Below are positions 59,401 through 64,000 of a stretch of 64,000 nt of DNA, in pieces. Where the stretch lies: positions 3,047-67,046 of the forward strand of contig JAWOBX010000043.1 in the NCBI GenBank assembly GCA_046484125.1, in the 5' to 3' direction. Below the pieces are notes generated by a model. It was not told the origin of the DNA. It saw nothing but the letters and a program-made list of their open reading frames with translations, and ran no database searches. The translations under genes were made by a program, and so were the position numbers. How positions within the stretch are numbered: the stretch's first letter is position 1; every line of letters starts with the position of its first letter. This stretch comes from Dehalococcoidia bacterium (lineage in GTDB: Bacteria; Chloroflexota; Dehalococcoidia; SZUA-161; SpSt-899).

Positions 59401-59484
59401 ACAAAACTGCCGGCGGGCAGGTAGCGTAGGTTCAATGTAACCTGCGCTATTCATATAACTGATTATAGACAGCGGAGTGTTGAA

Positions 59485-59772
59485 ATGATGCTCGATCGTC
59501 AAGAAGTGGAAAGAATCGCGCTGCTCGCCCGATTGGGAATCAGTGAAGAGGAGGCGGAAAGGTTTCGTGAGCAGCTTTCCGATATCCTGGAGAATTTCGA
59601 GGTTCTCAGAGAGGTTAATACAACCAGCGTCTTGCCGACATCCCAGGCAACAGGATTGGAAAATGTGGTTAGTGAGGACAGATGTCAATCATCCCTGTTA
59701 CAGGACGAGATACTGGCAAATGCGCCCCAGGTGGAAGAAGGTTTCTTACGCATAAAAGCGGTTATGGAGTGA
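59485..59772 (+). CDS. gatC: Asp-tRNA(Asn)/Glu-tRNA(Gln) amidotransferase subunit C
   Basis: MMLDRQEVERIALLARLGISEEE…. Confidence 0.8.
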   Translation: MMLDRQEVERIALLARLGISEEEAERFREQLSDILENFEVLREVNTTSVLPTSQATGLENVVSEDRCQSSLLQDEILANAPQVEEGFLRIKAVME

Positions 59773-59787
59773 TTGGCGGGGTGACCG

Positions 59788-61275
59788 ATGAGGACAGCAG
59801 AACAGGTTAAGAATAGTACAATAGAGCGGCTCGATTACCTCTTTAATCCACGCTCAGTGGCCGTCATTGGCGCGTCAAATACATTCGGAAAGTGGGGCTT
59901 CAATATCTTCAATCATGTTTTGGCCTCGGCTCCGGAACGGCGTGTGTACCCGGTTAATGTCAGCGCGTCTGAGGTCATTGGTTTTAAGGCTTCGGCGCAT
60001 ATTACCGATATCCATGATGAGATAGACCTCGCGGTAGTGACTGTTCCGCCGGAACAGGTTATAGATGCGTTGAGAGAGTGCGTCGCAAAAGGTGTAAAGG
60101 TAGCTGAGGTGATAACGGCGGGATTCGAAGAAACAGGGGCTGATGGTGAACGCCTGCAAAAACAGATGCTGGAGATTGCGGGCAGCGGAGGTATGCGGCT
60201 GGTTGGCCCCAACTCCATGGGCCACCTGAGTACTCAGTTCGATTTCTACACTACGCCATGGATTACAGGAACTCCAAAAGGGGGAATCGGGCTCATTTCT
60301 CAGAGCGGGAACTTCGGTATAAATATCGTCCGGAAGGGCATGGAGACGCAGCTGGGATTCAGCAAGTTCATTTCGTCGGGAAACGAGGCCGATTTGACGC
60401 TGGAGGATTACCTCGAATATCTGGGCCAGGATGACGATACAGAAGTGATAATTGCCTATATTGAGGGGCTGCGTCGGGGGAGAAGGTTTTTCGAGCTGTC
60501 CAGGGAGATAACAAAACACAAGCCGATAGTTGTTCTGAAGGCGGGAAGGACAGCATCGGGAGCAAGAGCGGTTAAATCCCACACCGCGGCGCTTTCCGGA
60601 TCGGACAGGATATATGAGGCGGCGTTTAGACAGGCCGGTGTAATCAGGGTAAACGAGGTTGATGAGATGCTCGATGTGGCCGGAGCACTGATACGCCAGC
60701 CTTTGCCGAAGGGGAGGCGTGTAGGAATACTGACGGGGGGAGGGGGGCCGGGGGTAATCGCCACTGACGCATGCGAAAGACTGGGCCTGGAGATAGCCGC
60801 CGTTTCAGAAGGGACATTACAAAAGCTGGATTCGATACTGCCTCCCCGCTGGCCACGCACGAATCCGGTTGATATGGTCGGAGAAACCAATCTCACGTAC
60901 CCCTGCCTTCTGGCGCTGATGGAAGATGATAATGTTGACGCGGTGATTTCACTGGCTGTGGGCTTCGCTGACGCCATTAAAACAATCGTAATGGGATACA
61001 TGCAAACAGATGTCTATACTGAGGTAGACCAATTCATAGAGCAGGAGGGTAGACGCGAACTGGAACAGCTTAAACGAGTCATCGAGCTTATGGATACACT
61101 TCACAAACCTGTTTTCTTCTTCCCTCCCTCTGGTATAGAGGAATTCCGTACTTTACAGTTTCTCCGGGAGAACGGGGTGCTTACTTATCCAAGTACGGAG
61201 AGAGGTGTGAGGGCTCTGGCTCGACTGGTTGAATACAGTGATTACCTTGGTGGATTGGAGGGGTCGGAACAGTGA
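59788..61275 (+). CDS. ADP-forming acyl-CoA synthetase alpha-like protein (CoA-binding plus CoA-ligase domains)
   Basis: …[11 protein letters not shown]…GKWG…, …EVITAGF…, …VGPNSMG… are present. It lies between gatC and gatA, with a 4-nt overlap with gatA. Confidence 0.6.
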   Translation: MRTAEQVKNSTIERLDYLFNPRSVAVIGASNTFGKWGFNIFNHVLASAPERRVYPVNVSASEVIGFKASAHITDIHDEIDLAVVTVPPEQVIDALRECVAKGVKVAEVITAGFEETGADGERLQKQMLEIAGSGGMRLVGPNSMGHLSTQFDFYTTPWITGTPKGGIGLISQSGNFGINIVRKGMETQLGFSKFISSGNEADLTLEDYLEYLGQDDDTEVIIAYIEGLRRGRRFFELSREITKHKPIVVLKAGRTASGARAVKSHTAALSGSDRIYEAAFRQAGVIRVNEVDEMLDVAGALIRQPLPKGRRVGILTGGGGPGVIATDACERLGLEIAAVSEGTLQKLDSILPPRWPRTNPVDMVGETNLTYPCLLALMEDDNVDAVISLAVGFADAIKTIVMGYMQTDVYTEVDQFIEQEGRRELEQLKRVIELMDTLHKPVFFFPPSGIEEFRTLQFLRENGVLTYPSTERGVRALARLVEYSDYLGGLEGSEQ

Positions 61276-62726
61276 ATCTCAACGAACTGACCATTCATGA
61301 AGCGCACCGTATGCTCAAGTCAGGAGAGATTTCCTCAGTAGAACTGACGGGAGCCGTACTTGACCGAATCGCTCAAGTTGACGAGAAAGTTGACGCCCTG
61401 GTAACGGTGATCGATGAGCAGGCTATGACGCAGGCAAAGGCGGCGGATGAGCGGTTCAAGAAAGGGGATTATTCCGCGCTTACAGGTATCCCGGTGATAG
61501 TCAAGGATAATATGTGTACAAGCGGGATACGTACGACCTGTTCCTCCAGAATGCTGGAGAGCTTCATTCCGCCCTATGACGCAACGGTGATGGAAAAGCT
61601 GAAAGTGCATGGTACTGTAATGGTGGGTAAATCCAATATGGACGAGTTCGCCATGGGTTCATCAAACGAGAACTCCGCGTTTTATCCCACGCGGAATCCA
61701 TGGGGACTGGACCGTGTTCCCGGCGGATCCAGTGGCGGCTCGGCTGTCGCGGTGGCAACCGATGAGACGGTTTTTGCCCTTGGTTCCGATACCGGTGGAA
61801 GTATACGCCAGCCAGCTGGCTTCTGCAGCATTGTAGGGTTCAAACCGACCTATGGAAGGGTTAGCCGTTATGGACTGGTGGCGTTCGCCAGTTCGCTCGA
61901 TCAGATAGGTCCCCTGACCAAAGATGTCACCGATGCCGCGCTGGTAATGAACGCGATTGCCGGCCATGATCCGAGGGACTCAACCTCGGTTCCCCATCCG
62001 GTACCTGACTACACAGGGGCATTGATACCCGATATAAAAGGACTTCGACTGGGTGTGCCCGGTGAATACTTTGTGGAAGGCATGGAAGAAGGGGTCAAGC
62101 AGTCGGTTCAATCCGCGATAGATAAACTCAGGGAGCTTGGAGCCATCGTTGAGGAGATGTCACTGCCCAGCAGTAAATACGCGCTTTCTGTATACTATAT
62201 CATTGCCCCGTCGGAGGCCTCAGCCAATCTGGCCAGATACAATGGTGTAAAGTATGGATACTCTTTCCGGGATACCAACAGTATGTGGGAAGCGATGGAA
62301 AAGACCCGCCAGTACGGGTTCGGGCCGGAGGTGAAACGCCGCATTATGCTGGGCACTTATGCCCTGTCGGCCGGCTACTACGACGCATATTATTTAAAGG
62401 CGCAGAAGGTTCGTACGTTGATACGGCAGGAGTTCGCCGAAGCTTTCCGGCGTTTTGATGCCCTTGTCACTCCCACATCCCCGACCGTTCCTTTCAAGAT
62501 CGGTGAGAGAGTGGAGGATCCGATGCAGATGTATCTTGCTGACGTCTGCACTCTTCCAGTAAACATCGCGGGCATTCCGGGCATTTCAGTCCCGGCCGGG
62601 TTTTCCGAAGGGTTTCCTGTGGGTATGCAGATTCTGGCCGAACCATTCGCGGAAGAAACCCTGCTTCGAGTAGCGTACGCGTTTGAGCAGGCGACCGATT
62701 GGAACAGGCATAAAGCGGCAGTTTGA
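61272..62726 (+). CDS. gatA: Glutamyl-tRNA(Gln) amidotransferase subunit A
   Basis: The amidase signature [12 protein letters not shown] and the Ser-cisSer-Lys triad region are present. The product is 484 aa. Confidence 0.9.
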   Translation: MNLNELTIHEAHRMLKSGEISSVELTGAVLDRIAQVDEKVDALVTVIDEQAMTQAKAADERFKKGDYSALTGIPVIVKDNMCTSGIRTTCSSRMLESFIPPYDATVMEKLKVHGTVMVGKSNMDEFAMGSSNENSAFYPTRNPWGLDRVPGGSSGGSAVAVATDETVFALGSDTGGSIRQPAGFCSIVGFKPTYGRVSRYGLVAFASSLDQIGPLTKDVTDAALVMNAIAGHDPRDSTSVPHPVPDYTGALIPDIKGLRLGVPGEYFVEGMEEGVKQSVQSAIDKLRELGAIVEEMSLPSSKYALSVYYIIAPSEASANLARYNGVKYGYSFRDTNSMWEAMEKTRQYGFGPEVKRRIMLGTYALSAGYYDAYYLKAQKVRTLIRQEFAEAFRRFDALVTPTSPTVPFKIGERVEDPMQMYLADVCTLPVNIAGIPGISVPAGFSEGFPVGMQILAEPFAEETLLRVAYAFEQATDWNRHKAAV

Positions 62727-62827
62727 ATTGGTGAAGGGAAAAGCATACCCTTTGCCGGTATGTCGGTGTTGACTAGCGTGGACCGATGGCGGATGATCGG
62801 TTGAACATAAACCGAGGGAGGAGTAAC

Positions 62828-63307
62828 ATGGAGGAGATACTGAAGGTACTCGAGGATGATGCTCGGACCAGTCCCGAACAGATTGCAACCATGCTTGGCC
62901 GGGATGTCGCTGAAGTCGAGCAGTCGATAAAGAAGGCTGAGAAAGACGGAATAATAGTCAAGTACAAGACAATGGTCAACTGGGAAAAGAAGGGTCGGGA
63001 GGAGGTGTGGGCTCTTATCGAAGTCAGGCTCCATCCTCAACGGGATGTCGGATTTGATGGCGTTGCCGAGAGGATCTACAAATTCCCTGAAGTTCGTTCC
63101 GCGTATCTGGTTTCGGGTGCTTATGACCTGGCTGTATTGGTCACCGGAAAAACGATGCAGGAAGTAGCCGGATTTGTTTCAAGGAAGCTGGCTACGCTGG
63201 AGATGGTACAGGGCACAGTGACGCACTTTCTCCTGAAGCGTTACAAGGAAGACGGTGAAATTCTCGATGGAGAAGGGGGCCCTAAAAGACAGCCGGTGAC
63301 TCTGTAA
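62828..63307 (+). CDS. Lrp/AsnC-family transcriptional regulator
   Basis: An HTH is followed by a RAM domain. The RBS is GGGAGGAG. Confidence 0.8.
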   Translation: MEEILKVLEDDARTSPEQIATMLGRDVAEVEQSIKKAEKDGIIVKYKTMVNWEKKGREEVWALIEVRLHPQRDVGFDGVAERIYKFPEVRSAYLVSGAYDLAVLVTGKTMQEVAGFVSRKLATLEMVQGTVTHFLLKRYKEDGEILDGEGGPKRQPVTL

Positions 63308-63312
63308 AATCC

Positions 63313-63341
63313 CTTGACAACAATTTGTGACTGTGATAGTA
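63313..63341 (+). promoter_or_regulatory. Consensus sigma70 promoter, probable 23S rRNA promoter
   Basis: TTGACA-17 nt-TAGTAT starts 6 nt after the lrp stop, about 190 nt upstream of the 23S 5' region. Confidence 0.5.
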
Positions 63342-63532
63342 TTCATCAGTGCGGAGAAAATAATCCTGGGAGCTGATCAAAACGAAAGCAGATAACAAAG
63401 CAATCTGAGTGAAAACTCTAGGCGTGGTGAAAGACCGAGTAGCGGTTTGGGGCAATCACCAGGCCGCTACTTTTTTGTTTAGCTCACCGTACTACAGCAC
63501 CTTAACAAGTGAATAAAGTTTCTGTTTGGATC

Positions 63533-64000
63533 CTGTCAAAAGCTACTAAGGGCACGTGGAGGATGCCTTGGTGCCAAGAGCCGATGAAGGGCGTGGCTAG
63601 GCTGCGATAAGCCTCGGTTAGCTGCCAAGTAAGCCAAGCCGGGGATTCCCGAATGAGGTAACTCATCCGCCCGAAAGGCGGATACTCCTGGCTGAACACA
63701 TAGGCCAGGCAGGGGGAACCGGGGGAACTGAAACATCTTAGTACCCCGAGGAAAAGAGATTATTCCCTGAGTAGCGGCGAGCGAAAGGGGAGAAGCCCAA
63801 ACCCTGATGACCAAACGGTCCTGGAACCTGAGTCATCGGGGGGTTGTAAGACACGGCAAGCTCCGACCAGGTAGGAGCAGGGAGTTACAAACCGTAACCC
63901 TAGTTGAAGGACTCTGGAATGAGCCACCATAGAGGGTGAAAGTCCCGTAGGCGAAAGGGGGAGGCTCCCGGGCCGTGTTCTTGAGTACCACGGGGCACGG
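63533..64000 (+). rRNA. rrl: 23S ribosomal RNA, 5' portion (continues beyond the window)
   Basis: It shows conserved 23S 5'-domain strings (GGATGCCTTGG, GATGAAGGGCGTGG, CTGCGATAAGCC, GGGGGAACCGGGGGAACTGAAACATCTTAGTACCCCGAGGAAAAGA, GAGTAGCGGCGAGCGAAAGGGGA). Confidence 0.9.

Overview
This 64 kb window is densely coding bacterial chromosome, with no CRISPR array, IS element or prophage detected. The content suggests an anaerobic, Chloroflexota/Dehalococcoidia-like organism, although that assignment is inference only. Supporting it are an acsB-acsD-acsC acetyl-CoA synthase/corrinoid Fe-S operon with no CODH gene next to it, and a 23S rRNA gene at the 3' edge with no 16S or spacer tRNAs upstream.

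From 5' to 3' the window contains:
- a TetR-regulated ABC exporter (ATPase plus a double-FtsX permease that runs off the 5' edge);
- a mutS2 gene followed by an eRF1-domain-2-like gene, a putative ribosome-rescue pair;
- MFS, HD-domain, MBL-fold and alpha/beta-hydrolase genes;
- a fatty-acid/CoA block: acyl-CoA synthetase, Sir2 deacylase, two enoyl-CoA hydratases, and later a crotonase-Hbd-thiolase operon whose thiolase carries a Cys-rich insertion;
- queH, nadA, mnmA and a DoxX/DsbA/ArsM-like trio;
- two GerW/YtfJ-like genes;
- a roughly 1 kb low-coding region with a 23-bp perfect hairpin and a Cys-rich orphan ORF;
- the acs operon, yebC, a stand-alone methylmalonyl-CoA mutase B12 domain with a methylmalonyl-CoA epimerase;
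- a PAC2-like/HflK/HflC/J-protein group, a Kef-type antiporter, thpR, dtd and fur-feoAB;
- tRNA-Glu(UUC), rluD and ispG;
- a non-canonical methylthioadenosine-salvage-like cluster: a TIM-barrel sugar isomerase, a Zn-dependent alcohol dehydrogenase, mtnA, mtnP, a MetE-like protein, and a PfkB kinase fused to an aminoglycoside-phosphotransferase-like domain;
- a lipoprotein, a PHP hydrolase, a GNAT, ahcY, and gatC and gatA separated by an ADP-forming CoA-ligase alpha-like gene;
- an Lrp regulator, a consensus sigma70 promoter and the start of the 23S rRNA.

A previously undescribed family of about 90-110 nt GC-hairpin intergenic repeats occurs at least eight times, mostly just upstream of + strand genes.

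CDS coordinates were taken from the ORF track with start codons re-chosen by RBS and homology. Non-CDS coordinates are approximate, within about 15 nt. All family assignments are from reading motifs by eye; no database search was run.
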